Assembly (NCBI GenBank): GCA_028023455.1
Contig: JAQFVV010000002.1
Coordinates: 33,170,001-33,234,000 of the forward strand
DNA length: 64,000 nucleotides
Source: Epiperipatus broadwayi
Lineage: Eukaryota > Animalia > Onychophora
Reading direction: 5' to 3'
The translations under genes and the position numbers were made by a program. Below are positions 37,470 to 48,650 of the stretch, one piece after another (the first letter of the stretch is position 1; every line of letters starts with the position of its first letter). The notes under the pieces are model-generated. The model was given only the letters and a program-made list of their open reading frames with translations, had not been told where the DNA came from and did not search any database.

Positions 37470-37810
37470 TCATCCTACGCTAGAGCCATCTATTGTAAGC
37501 TTAAGTAATCAACAAACCCCAAATGATATAATGCTATAAAATCCCCATTTCCAGTCCATTTTCTGACTTTTGTCTTTAACAGTGAAGTTTTATATTCAAG
37601 ACTGGAATTAAAGCACTTACACATTTAACAGTATAAAGAAGTAGAAACTGATTGCTTGATGCATAAGTTCATTAATTCTAGGTTTGAATCCTAGTCTTCA
37701 CTTATGAAGGCAAAAGCCAGAAACCACCAGCCTGAAGATGAGGATTTTATAGCCCTGCATCATGGTGTCCATTGATTACTCGAGCTTGCAAAAAAATGAT
37801 TCTAGAATAG
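37470..37810. repeat. Inverted-ended repeat related to family A (degenerate HHR at about 37700-37730)
   Basis: tagagccatctattgtaagcttaagtaatc at left; cttatgaaggcaaaagccagaaacc...tccattgattactcgagcttgca at right. Same ends recur at 44510-44645. Confidence 0.5.
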
Positions 37811-39899
37811 GTGGAAAATTGAAAATAACTACTCTTAGAAGTAACACGTGTTAAATACAATAAATAGCAAATTAAAAAGATGAACAAAAATGTATAGAAT
37901 AATAATAGCAAACATTTACAAAAAATAAAATAAAAATTATAGGAAGTAATAATAATATATGTATATTAATAATATACTTTGCAGGTTTATCCATATATAA
38001 TTTTGATAATGAATATACCTACGTTTTGGTTTGATTACACAAGCCAACTGGATGATGAATAGATAGAAGCACCGTAAACACTGATTTATAACTAATAGAA
38101 AAACATTATTATAAACCAATGTTTACAATGCCTCTGCAACCATGTTTATAATATTTTATTCATCATTCAATTGATGGCTTCTATAATCAAGCTGAAACAT
38201 CAGTATATTCATTATCAAAATCATTCGAGGATAAGCCTGCAAAGTATATCTTTTATATCTGTAATCCATGAAAATCTTTGTGTTAACATATATATAAAGT
38301 TTATCAGATATATAAAAAATCATATTAAGTAATAAAAAGTATTAAAATTTTTTCATTAATGGGTCCCGGAAGTAGGTGAAATCGTCACATTTATGAATTG
38401 ATAACTCAATTTATATTAGTTACCAAATAGAAAAATTATATTGCATCTACTAAAGTAACCTTATTTCAGAGGGAAAATTATTTGATGCTACAATTGTATA
38501 AATATTTTTAGTTGAAAAATAACATTGCATCTGCATATCTCCATGACTTGAATACGGTTAGAGCTGCCGTAATTTCTTTTTTTATCTCGCAGCAGAAATG
38601 CAGTTGATAAGATCTAATTAAGCTTCAGATAATTTTGTACATGATTAAAAAATAATGGGAATCAATGTTATGGAGAAAAGTTTAACCACATAGTCAAAGT
38701 TAGTCGAAGACTATTTTCTGTGATCATTTAAGAAGACAGTGAAGAAAAGTCTGAGAACAAATTTATTTTCTCTGTTCGTCCGAGAATTTCATGGCAACAT
38801 TTTTTTCATTAGTAGATGGAATTTATTTATTTAGAGACTGCAGAAAGAAATTTTATAGAATTAATCAAATTTTATTCAAAGAAGTGAATGGAAAATGAAA
38901 TATTAGGAAAGTTCTGGAAATAAAGAGAATATGATCTACGAAAAACTTGCCTAGAATAAACCATTAGCAGGAAGCAAAATAAAAAGATTTTAAATTATCT
39001 ACATCTTAAATGGATGAGATATGTTTCATTAGTAAGTTAACATGTGTTTTAGAATATGCAATCTGATAGTGTTTCAAGTAATCTAATATCTTTTCTGCAT
39101 CTTTGCCTTTATGGATAAAGTATATATTGTTAATATTTATTTGGTCATAAGAAGTAATAAACTAAAACACCAACTTGTGGTGATTGAAGGAATACCGTAT
39201 TTAAAAGAGAATAATATCGTAGTCATTGTGAAATACAGGGAAAATTTTCTGGAATGATGAAACTTTATCCTAAATGTTCTGAGCTTAAATGTAGGATCAG
39301 TTGACACCTCAAACTGAAATATTTTTCTTTAATCTTTTTTTTAGTAATTGTTTGAAAAGAATATAGTTCTGTCATTCAAGTTTTTTTAACATATGATTTA
39401 TAAAATCATATGTGGAAGGTAAGCCTCTGTCATCAGAAGATGTAGAAGATTTATCTGTTTCATTAATTGAGAAAATTCTATTTCTTAAGAAAGTGATTTT
39501 ATTATGAATGTTATAGAATTTAACAAAAAGTTTATGGCATCTTCAAAAATATATCCTGTGTGAAATATGTAATGTTGCCATCATTTTATTGAGACTAATG
39601 GTCAGTTTTATCAGGGATACTATCAAAGTGTTATGATAGATACTGATTTTTGTCATTTTCTTCTACGAGATAGCAGACTTAATTTAGTGAAATGTTCACA
39701 TTACATTTTTTTGGATTATCAAAACTTTGTCACCTCTTATTGCACTACTTCTGTTAAATCGTTAAAAAAACTTACATTTTTCATAATGCTTTATTTAATT
39801 TCTTATGACAGTTTTGATAGCCTAAAATTCTTCTTCAAATATTCTGCTCACCAAACCTCTCAAATTGCAATCTGAGAAAAGGTTTGTGGGGAGATATTT

Positions 39900-39975
39900 C
39901 AGAATATCTGAAGAAGACTGTTAAGGAGTCAAAAGTGTTATAAGAAATTAAATAAAGCTTTATGAAAAATGCTAA
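39900..39975 (+). repeat. Degenerate family C HHR
   Basis: CTGAAGA a GACT gttaagg AGTC AAAA...aaataaagc; G12 mutated. Confidence 0.45.
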
Positions 39976-41154
39976 ATTAAGAGAAGTGTGGATTTTTTAA
40001 CAATCTCTTGCATTTATAAAATGGACTTCACAATAATTTAAATACCCTTTGATATGCCAAGTACATAAAAATTAGTCTTATATCAAATATCCTCAACAAA
40101 TTTTCCTGAAATCACCTTTGGCAGAATTCAAAACTATTTGTTCTGATCAGACTTAATAGCAGGTCTCTTAAGTTTAAGAATTGTTGCTACTTTTTGTCAG
40201 TGATGGTGTAAACAGATTTCTATTTAACTACAATATTTGGTGCAGATTATATACTCGCTGCAACCAAGAACACAAATTCAAATCTTGCAATCATTTAAAC
40301 AATCTTTTGCAGATAAATGCATAATTGTAAGAAATTTGCAAGCTCATAATAAGGAAGTCAAATAATTTCTCCTAGTGTGTCCAATTAATTAAAAGAAAAG
40401 AGTGCAAGCGACAAATTAATTCTTTAGATGAAGAACCGATTGAATAAATAAGATAAAGATTGAAATCTGAGATATCCTTGTGAATTAAATACATCATTAC
40501 AGTTTCTGCTTAATTTTGCAAAAGTGTTTGATATTATTTCTATTTTTTAGTTGATAATGATTCAAGTTACAATATATCCTTTCAAAGTTTATATATTTTT
40601 ACATTATATTCATTGTCCATAATTCTGTCTCTTATCTATAATATTTTTCTATTCCTTAATTATGTACCTATATTCTCTACAAACATCCAATTTTTTATAC
40701 AAATCCATAAAAATAAACTCTATTAACTTTGCATTTCACACCATCTTTCTGTTCTAGTCATAATTTGCTTCTAATTTCCCTCATTTAAAAAAGAATTTTA
40801 CCCTATTTGCCCCTAATAATCTCACTTGATATCCACAATTCATCTCGCCATGCAGTACATATCTTTTTTTTTTTTGACCTCTTTCTAAAAAATTTGGAAA
40901 TCTGTTTTACATATTTATTATATGATAAAATATGCAAGATTTTTAATCATTTTCATTTCATTTTCGATTTTTGTTTCAACTCTAATTCCAACTGTCCATA
41001 TAATTTGTCTTTTCATTTAACAAAATATGTATTTCAGAAATATTGCCAAATTCATCACTTTCTTTATTTTGCTATAATATCTTATATAAATGCAATTTAT
41101 CCACTAGTAGAAAACACTTTTATTATACATATATTCATACCCAATCTTATGTTT

Positions 41155-41310
41155 TGACTGTCCTGCAGTCTTCTTAACAGACTTTTTTTTTTTTACTTTT
41201 AAAAAATTAAAGTAAAAGTGGCTCTGAAGAAGACTACAGGACAGCCGAAACGTAAGATTGTGTATGCATATATGTATAATAAAAGGTTTTTGTTAAAAAG
41301 CATTCAAAGT
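41155..41310. mobile_element. Family C inverted pair with minimal HHR (41224-41254)
   Basis: gactgtcctgcagtcttctt ... CTGAAGA a GACT acaggac AGCC GAAACGTA ag...ataataaaaggtttttg. Confidence 0.75.
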
Positions 41311-41374
41311 AGAATGGATAAATTCCATTTATATAAAATGTGTATTTTTTCAATTTCTTTAAGATGAACATCTC

Positions 41375-41484
41375 TGTCTTGCATTGGTGGTCGAGAGGTC
41401 AGCGCGACTGCCTTGTACTTGCAGGCAGTTGCCCGGGTTGCGAGTTCGCGTCCCGCCGATGCTATGACACTTAAAAAAAAAAAA
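41375..41484 (+). mobile_element. Short tRNA-derived SINE
   Basis: Nearly identical to 28913-29028; polyA tail. Confidence 0.9.
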
Positions 41485-42742
41485 TCTCAGTTTCTGTCTT
41501 TACTAATTTTCATATTTCTCTGATCTCTATTTACTTTTATAATAATGGTTGTATACACTTACCATATTTCCAAAAAGTATCATCTGGGGAAAAGAGAGAT
41601 ATATTTCCTCATTTCCATCTCAATCTCTAATTTTTTTAGAAACAGAATAAGTAATAATAGTAACAATGTTTCAGCTTGATTTCATCTTTAATTCTCATTT
41701 GTTATTCATATAAATTATCTCTATATATTCTCATCTTTCCCTTATTTTTCTACAATCTACTTCTATTCATCCTACCATATGTCTTTTCTATATCTAAAAA
41801 TGCTATAAATAAATGCCTTTTTTTTTCCTGCATTTCATTCATCTCATTGAAACTGATATTTCAATTAATTTGCTGATTAATTCATCACCCAAAGTTTTTT
41901 TTTTTGTTTTTCCTTTATTTTTTTATTATTTTTGCATTCTTTTTCCTCTGCATTTAACAATATATCAGCCTTTTATATTTTCTTTGTTATACATCCAAAA
42001 TTTTACACAATCCTCCATTTTTATCTTTCGATTTCTGCAGTTAATTTCTTATTAATTTCATCCCGTTTCTGTCTTAATTCTATTCTAGTTTTTTTTAAAT
42101 AGCTATTCCATCTGACCTTTAACTTATTCTATTTGTTTTTTAAAGCTCCTTTATATTCTTAGATGATCTTTTTTCTTTTACATTTTGCAATATATTTGTT
42201 CTCCAGCTTATTTTGACATAATTATAAATTAATATTCTCTTGCAACATTCTTCACCGTATTCTTCCATCGTTCATAATTATTACTTCATCCTTTTTTTTC
42301 TCATAATTATCACAAACTTCTCCTTTCCCCCTTTCCTTAGTCTTCATTATTTAATCAATAGTGTTATTTGAATTGTGACTTGATCATGTAAACTTCTCAT
42401 TGTATACTCAGATTCTTTGCAGTAATTCATATTTTACCATTAATTTTATTAATATGACCATATCACTTATAATCGTTATTTTACAATTTTCTTTGAAAAG
42501 TCTCTTTCCACTTTTTCACAACTTCTTTATATTGTTATATATCTATTTCCTTCAGTCCAATTTCAATCTTATGCACACACATTCTTACAATTTCTAAATA
42601 GAAAAAAAAAATCTTATTGTCTTCATTCATTTATTCTCTTTCATTCACATTTTTTAAAATATGGTATTTTGATTCTCAAATCTTTTTTCCTATAAAAATT
42701 TTTTTAACTCCAATTCTTATATCTTTTTATTTTTGCATATTT

Positions 42743-43299
42743 AAACCATTAAACATCACATGATCACTATCTCTTATACTAGCACATAATTATTTATAAA
42801 CAAGGCACAGGGTGGCACTACTGTGTGGAGAGTTTTGCCTTGTTTATAAACAATTATGTGCTAGTATGAGATGGTAGTCATGTGATGCTTAACAGTTTAA
42901 CACCAATCTTGCCTAATAGGATAGTGGTGGCTATGGTTGTTAAAGAGCCAAAGACACCAAAATGTATGGGTGCTGAACTGAGTTCAGACCCATATGACTA
43001 TAGAAGCTATTGAGTTTAGATTGAAAATATTTTTGTGTTTTCAATTTCATTCTTATAGTTTTATAGTTAAGTAGAGAAAAAAGGTGGTTGCTGGAGGGTT
43101 GCATTAGATCCTAAGATCTAGGTGCAGTGCTCTCAGATTCAAAGCTCCTCACTGACGAAGGCCACAAGCCAGAAACTAGTCTGGGGATATTGGATGAGTA
43201 GGCATTAGATAGGGATTTTATGCACAAGCCTTCTGGCATCCATTGATTACTCTAGTTGGTACAGGGTGGCACAACTGTATGGAAAGTTTTGCTTTGTTC
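42743..43299. mobile_element. Family A insertion with short 5' inversion and 10-bp TSD
   Basis: ttgcatattt at 42733-42742 and 43300-43309; inverted piece 42743 to about 42807, then about 1.05 monomer. Confidence 0.92.
43137..43195 (+). ncRNA. Type I hammerhead ribozyme (family A)
   Basis: UCCUCA CUGACGA a GGC cacaa GCC a GAAA CUAG UC / UGGGGA; only the variable position 7 differs. Confidence 0.85.
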
Positions 43300-43853
43300 T
43301 TGCATATTTCTGATAATTTTTATATTGTCATTTTATCTTTCTTTTAAATATTATTTTTTTATAACTATTTCCAATCAGCATATTTAAAAAATTCCTTTAT
43401 ACCCTTATATCATTTTCCACCATTTTTCCTATCTTTCCCAAAATACAAACATCTTTTTATTTTGTGTTTTTCCATAATTAAATCTCATGTCCTTTGTTTA
43501 GTTTTAATTGATAATAAAATTTATTGTGATCATGTGATGTTTAGTAATTTAATTCACCTAGTGTTTTACTCTTCCTTTCCAATAAATGTAACCCATCCCT
43601 TTTAAATGAATTTTTATTAAACATTTTCAAACATCTAAAAAATTAATGCAACTTTTCTCTCATAAACATTTTAATCTTACTTATATTATGTCCAGAAATT
43701 ACTGTTCTATTCAGTTTTGGCAATAACATTGATTATGATTTCAAAATCCTTATCATTTGTTCATAGAGTCTTTTCAATTTAGAAATAGTGTGTAATATGT
43801 TAAAAATCCTCTGGTTGGTTAGATTAAGTAAAGATTTTAATATTCGGTTTCAG

Positions 43854-43918
43854 GTCAAGAGTTACCTTCTGCTTCAGATGACATTGGCACGTTGAAGAAA
43901 CAGTTTGAACCTGACAAG
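43854..43918 (+). CDS. Exon of coiled-coil gene (GQELPSASDDIGTLKKQFEPDK)
   Basis: ggtttcag acceptor; AAG|gttagt donor; phase 1 to 0. Confidence 0.7.
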
Positions 43919-44509
43919 GTTAGTATTAAATATTATAGCTGAATTTTCTTTAAAGTTAATTGCTGATATCAAACTGAAAAATATTTTGGAATATTTTAAG
44001 TTGATATTTCTGTACAAAATTTAAATTGTATTGTTTTGAATTTAAAGAGGGTTGAGGAGTAACTAAAAAAAACATTAGAAAGAATTTGTTGAAAATTCTT
44101 TAGTATTTTTTGGAAGATGTTTAAAAGAGAATGTGAACATAGTGACATGGTGCAGGAGATACCATTATCAGATAGGTAGTTCTCCCAGGATGAAGTATTA
44201 TCATTGCACTTACTGCGATTATCGCAAATGTTGATATCTCAGATTTAAAACTTTATGTGGTTGGGATCTGCATTCATATTATCTCCTGTTACAAATTAAG
44301 TTACTGACAAAAATATGTAACTCATGGTTGTAGTCTTGGGGCGATGGCTCTAGTGTTATGGTCATCATGATAGGAAATAATCTTACCCTGTTATCTGGTA
44401 ACAATTGAATCAACATAAATTATACTAAAAGCAGGTGTAAATATTCAAAATATCTTAGAAAAAGTTAGAATGATATTTTCATATGATTTCGGAATAATTC
44501 TCTTCGTTA

Positions 44510-45375
44510 TACTTCAGAGCCATCTATTGTAAGCTTAAGTAATAAGTGAACAAAAGATGAGATAGCTTTTATATCCACATCCCTAGATGACTATTTAGTA
44601 TCCATTGATTACTCAAATTTACAATAGATAGCTCTGAAATAGAGTTTGATATTTTTGTTAGTATTGCATTTGAACCATAAAACATTTTAAGATGTAAACT
44701 TATTATTAGCAATAACTCTCTAGACACTAGTGCCACCCAGTGCAAGCCTTAATAATCAGTTTGTGCATAAGATCTCCATCTAGTGACTACTCATCCAATA
44801 TTCCCAGACTAGTTTTTAGCTCATGGTTTGCACCTAGATCTAAGGATCTACTGCAATCCTTCAGCATCCACCTTTTATCTATTTAGTTAACCATAAAACT
44901 ATGATTACTAAGGCTTGCACGGGATGGCACTATAGTTTGGAGAATTTGTTACTGCTAATAGTAGCTTGTCTAAGCATAGGAAATGGTGATCATGTGAAGT
45001 TTTGTTGGTTTTATACCATTTCTGCTTTTGGGATGAACCAAGGACACCAAAATGTATAGTTGCTGTACTGGGATCAGATCTATATAACTATCAGGCAAAT
45101 GAGCTTGGATTGAAAACATTCATGTGTTTTCATCTTGAGCTCCTAGCTCTATAGTTAGTTGAAAGGTGGCTGCTGGAGGATTGCATTAGATCCTTAGATC
45201 TAGGTGCAGTGCTCTCAGATCCAAAGCTCCTCACTGGTGAAAGCCACAAGCTAGAAATTAGTCTAGGGATATTGGATGAGTAAGCAGTAGATGGAAATTT
45301 TATGCACAAGCCTTCTTCAATCCATTGATTCTTAAGGCTTGCACTAGCTGGCACTACTGTATGGAGAGTTTGCTA
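44510..45375. mobile_element. Older family A insertion, head-to-head, HHR 45219-45277 mutated (CTGGTGA)
   Basis: Left minus-sense part 44716 to about 44907, then plus-sense monomer; 44510-44645 carries the variant inverted ends also seen at 37470. Confidence 0.8.
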
Positions 45376-45539
45376 TATCTATTGAAAATATGGATTTTAA
45401 TATGAAATCAGAACTGTATTTTTAAATATAGAAACATCTATATTGGTAATATTGAATTTAATTATTGCCTTCTATTACAGTAAAAGAACAATAAAATGAA
45501 CACACTTTTGTGCACTTTATACAATGCGCACACACATAG

Positions 45540-46558
45540 TAATGCAAAAATGCACAATTATGATCGCTGAGCTCCTACATCAAATCCGCTTCTCAAAAGC
45601 TCTCAATCCGGCCCTTGGATATTTTTAAAAACTTACATAAAATGGCCCTGGTATAAAACTTCCATTTAAACATACATATAGTGCAAATATTAAATTAAGA
45701 ATAAAATAAAATATTTATTTTCTTAACTATATCTTTTTTTCCACCAACCTTTATAGTAGTTCTAATTTATTCCATCAAAGGTGCAATATTCCAATAAATT
45801 ATCTATATTGTGTTGCTATCTGACTACGGATTTAATCTACAACACTGAGGGCATTTTGTTTGTTTTAATAGCAATTTGTGCAGATAACGAATACTAGTAA
45901 AAATAAAATTCGAAGTTTACTTCGTTTTATTATTATTATTATTTTGTATTAATTTTTTTTTTGAATGGCTAACACTTAGAATAAGATAAAAATTGAGACA
46001 GAAAATTGCGCATTTCAAAAGAAATGGACCGATGCATTTTTTTTTTTTATAGAAAGAAATTGTAAATCAATATGCCTCATAGGTCTGGAAAATATTTCAG
46101 TTAATAAAGAACTTAGATGCATTATTTGTCAAAACATTCTGATTACAACCAAAATGGTGGGGAAGACAAAAATATCCAATAGAAAACTTGAACAAGAGCT
46201 TCCTCAAGTAATTGGTATGTGTTATGAAAAGCAGAAACAAGTCAGACAATTTTGTGAAAGCAGGTTACATTATTTAAAAAGAAAAGCAGTACATTTAAAA
46301 TCATTTTCTGACGTAGTCTCTATAAAAGACTGCATTCTATCTGCTGTAGAATTCGTTTATCCAGATCATAAAAAGAAATTCAAGAATATAAATGTCAAAA
46401 AAACAGCTACAAGATAAATTAAAAAATTGTCCTTAAATATGGAGCAGTCATTAATAATTATTATCTTACTTTATATTTAATTCACAAAAAGATTATGGCC
46501 CTCGTTCAAAAACGGAAACTTGAAATCGCCTTACCAGTTGAAAAGGTTGCCCACCTTG
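45540..46558 (+). mobile_element. hAT (SPIN/Buster-type) transposase 5' remnant
   Basis: ENCAFQKKWTDAFF..ERNCKSICLI (about 46000); KSFSD...IKDCILSAVEFVYPDHKKKF (ORF 46154-46417); TIR-like ggttgcccaccttg at the right end. Confidence 0.75.
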
Positions 46559-47149
46559 AATGGCTTCAGTTTTAAACAAGGTTACGTGATTTCTGAATGT
46601 AAAACCTTTTTATGGTTCAAAGTCCACTTCAAATCAATCCATTCTATGTAGTGTCAAAGACAAGTGGCTCTCATAGCCTTAATATTTCTCGTTTGTTCTG
46701 ATATTGGAATCTATTATTGGAGGCAGATAACATTAGAAGAAGCAATGGAATTTTACTAAAGCTTTTATTTATACCATATTCTTCTAAGAAATTTCTTAAA
46801 TCAATGTCTTTTCACTGTTTCTTGAGCAAAAACAGTATGCCTTTTAAGCTCCTGATCTTGAAATTACTCAAAGAGGCTAATTTTAAAATGGTAATTCTTT
46901 GTGAGTTCATAAGAAGTTTGGAAATAACAGAGATGGAGCCATAATCCATGGGCCTTGAACCCCAGACCCTAGTCTATCATTGCACTCGAGATAACAGACG
47001 GGGTGAATATGTTTTATATCATATTTTTGATTAGCCAGTAAAAATGCTTAAAATTCGTAAAGATAGTCCATTTATAACAAGATTAATTGGCATTTTTCCT
47101 TGGATCAGTATGTTTATTGTTGAAGTAAAAATCCGGATTATGTCTATAG

Positions 47150-47208
47150 CTGAGGATGAAAAAAGCAGTAAATTGAATATCTTGGTCCCATTGGACAAGT
47201 CTAAGAGG
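47150..47208 (+). CDS. Probable exon of coiled-coil gene (AEDEKSSKLNILVPLDKSKR)
   Basis: Strong AGG|gtaagt donor. Acceptor uncertain: tatag| gives phase 1 and needs an extra phase 0-to-1 exon such as 46966-47002; alternatively ttag| at 47034 gives phase 0 with an open frame. Confidence 0.5.
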
Positions 47209-47357
47209 GTAAGTGTGAATTAGTTTTTTAGAATTTATTGGTCTTAAGTATTTAAAAGATGATTTTTAAGAATGTATTTTTTTCCAGGTAAATATTTACA
47301 GCAACAAGAAAATTATATATTTGTAATTGTTGTGTTTTTTTTTTTTTCTATTTTCAG

Positions 47358-47447
47358 CAAAAAATGGACTTCATTAGAAAAATCATAGCTTTTGAGAAAG
47401 AAAAATTGAACAATCAGTGTAAAAATGAATATCAACTAAACTCTTAA
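47358..47447 (+). CDS. Terminal coding exon of coiled-coil gene (QKMDFIRKIIAFEKEKLNNQCKNEYQLNS*)
   Basis: Long polyT-ttttcag acceptor, phase 0, TAA at 47445-47447; aataaa about 180 nt downstream. Confidence 0.65.
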   Translation, partial: QKMDFIRKIIAFEKEKLNNQCKNEYQLNS

Positions 47448-47889
47448 TTTTTTTTCCGTTTCCTGCCATTATTTTATTTAACCTTTTTTTTAAAATCAGC
47501 CATTATGTTCAGGCCCGATCTGATTAAAATATATATATTAAATGATCATCCACTGATTGTTGTAATTAATAATTTAGAATTGTGTATTATAGCTTTTTTT
47601 CCTTGTTTGGTTTCTAAAATTAATAATAATAAATCTTTTTTTAAAAAAAAATAAGTTTTTAAAATCTTAATTATTATAGATTTGGAATTATACTTTAACT
47701 ATTCTGGGGTATTTACGTAACACCTCTCTTAATTGTCTTGGATTATTACTGTGTCAGTTACGCTCGTCAACTTTTATTGCAATTTTTAATAAAATTTATT
47801 TGCAGATTACTTAATAACTACGAATTTAAAAATGAGTCGTAAGTATAAATATATTGTTTATCTTATACATACTGTACGCATTGCTTATA

Positions 47890-48650
47890 TACCAGTGATG
47901 TGTCACCCATGACCTAATTGTATCGAAGTGATACAAGTATTCGTGTTTGAACATGTTTAAGCTAAGACATGTGTAAATTTTAAGCTGATATAGCTACTTA
48001 GTTGTTGGTTAGTTATTAAGAAGAGAATAAATATCCGTGCATATGCTTTGGCATAAAAATGGGTGATCGAAATGTTGAGCAATTTTTTATCAAATGTTGT
48101 GTGGAAATTGGCAAATATGCTACTGAAACATTACAAATGTTGTAAGTGGCATATAGTGTATGTGTTTGAATGGCCTAAGAGGTGCACAAATGGGCAAGAA
48201 CATGTGATGGATGATCCCAGAAGTGGACAGCCAAAAACAACAATGACAGGCATTAATATTGGTATGGTTCAATTGATCCGACAGACGATTAATTGCGAGA
48301 TTAATAGCTGAAGAATTGCAGATTAATCGAGAAACAGGAACATTTTATCTAAAGAATTGGGCATCAGAATTATGCCCCAATAAGTGGATCATTCATCATG
48401 ACAATGCGTCAAGTCATAGTGAGAGACGTTTTGGCCAAAAATTCAATTACACAACTAGACCATCCTGTCTATTCACCAGATTTGGCTCCCTGTGATTTTT
48501 GGTTATGTCCGAAATTAAAAACTGCCCTGAAAGAATGTAGATTTTCTATTATAACTGATATCCAAAAAAATGTGAGACATCTGCTCAATATTATTACTGA
48601 AAATGAAGTCCAAGTGTGCTTCCAGAAATGAAAACATGCACAAGGGGACC
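47890..48650 (+). mobile_element. Mariner-family transposon remnant
   Basis: VFEW.KR...DDPRSGQP (HTH); HHDNASSH; DHPVYSPDLAPCDFWL.PKLK; ENEVQVCFQK. Confidence 0.88.

Larger units (their letters stand above)
40560..42720 (-). mobile_element. Highly decayed LINE-like (possibly L1/Tx1) body, interrupted by younger inserts
   Basis: Long strongly purine/A-rich minus strand; no clean motif recovered. Confidence 0.25.

Noticed and set aside
40807-42597. Cluster of hydrophobic F/I/L-rich ORFs as membrane proteins
   Set aside because: Expected by-product of T-rich sequence antisense to a decayed A-rich LINE-like body.
46717-46944. 75-aa ORF as a host exon
   Set aside because: No strong splice signals, in-frame TAA before the nearest donor, no recognisable motif.
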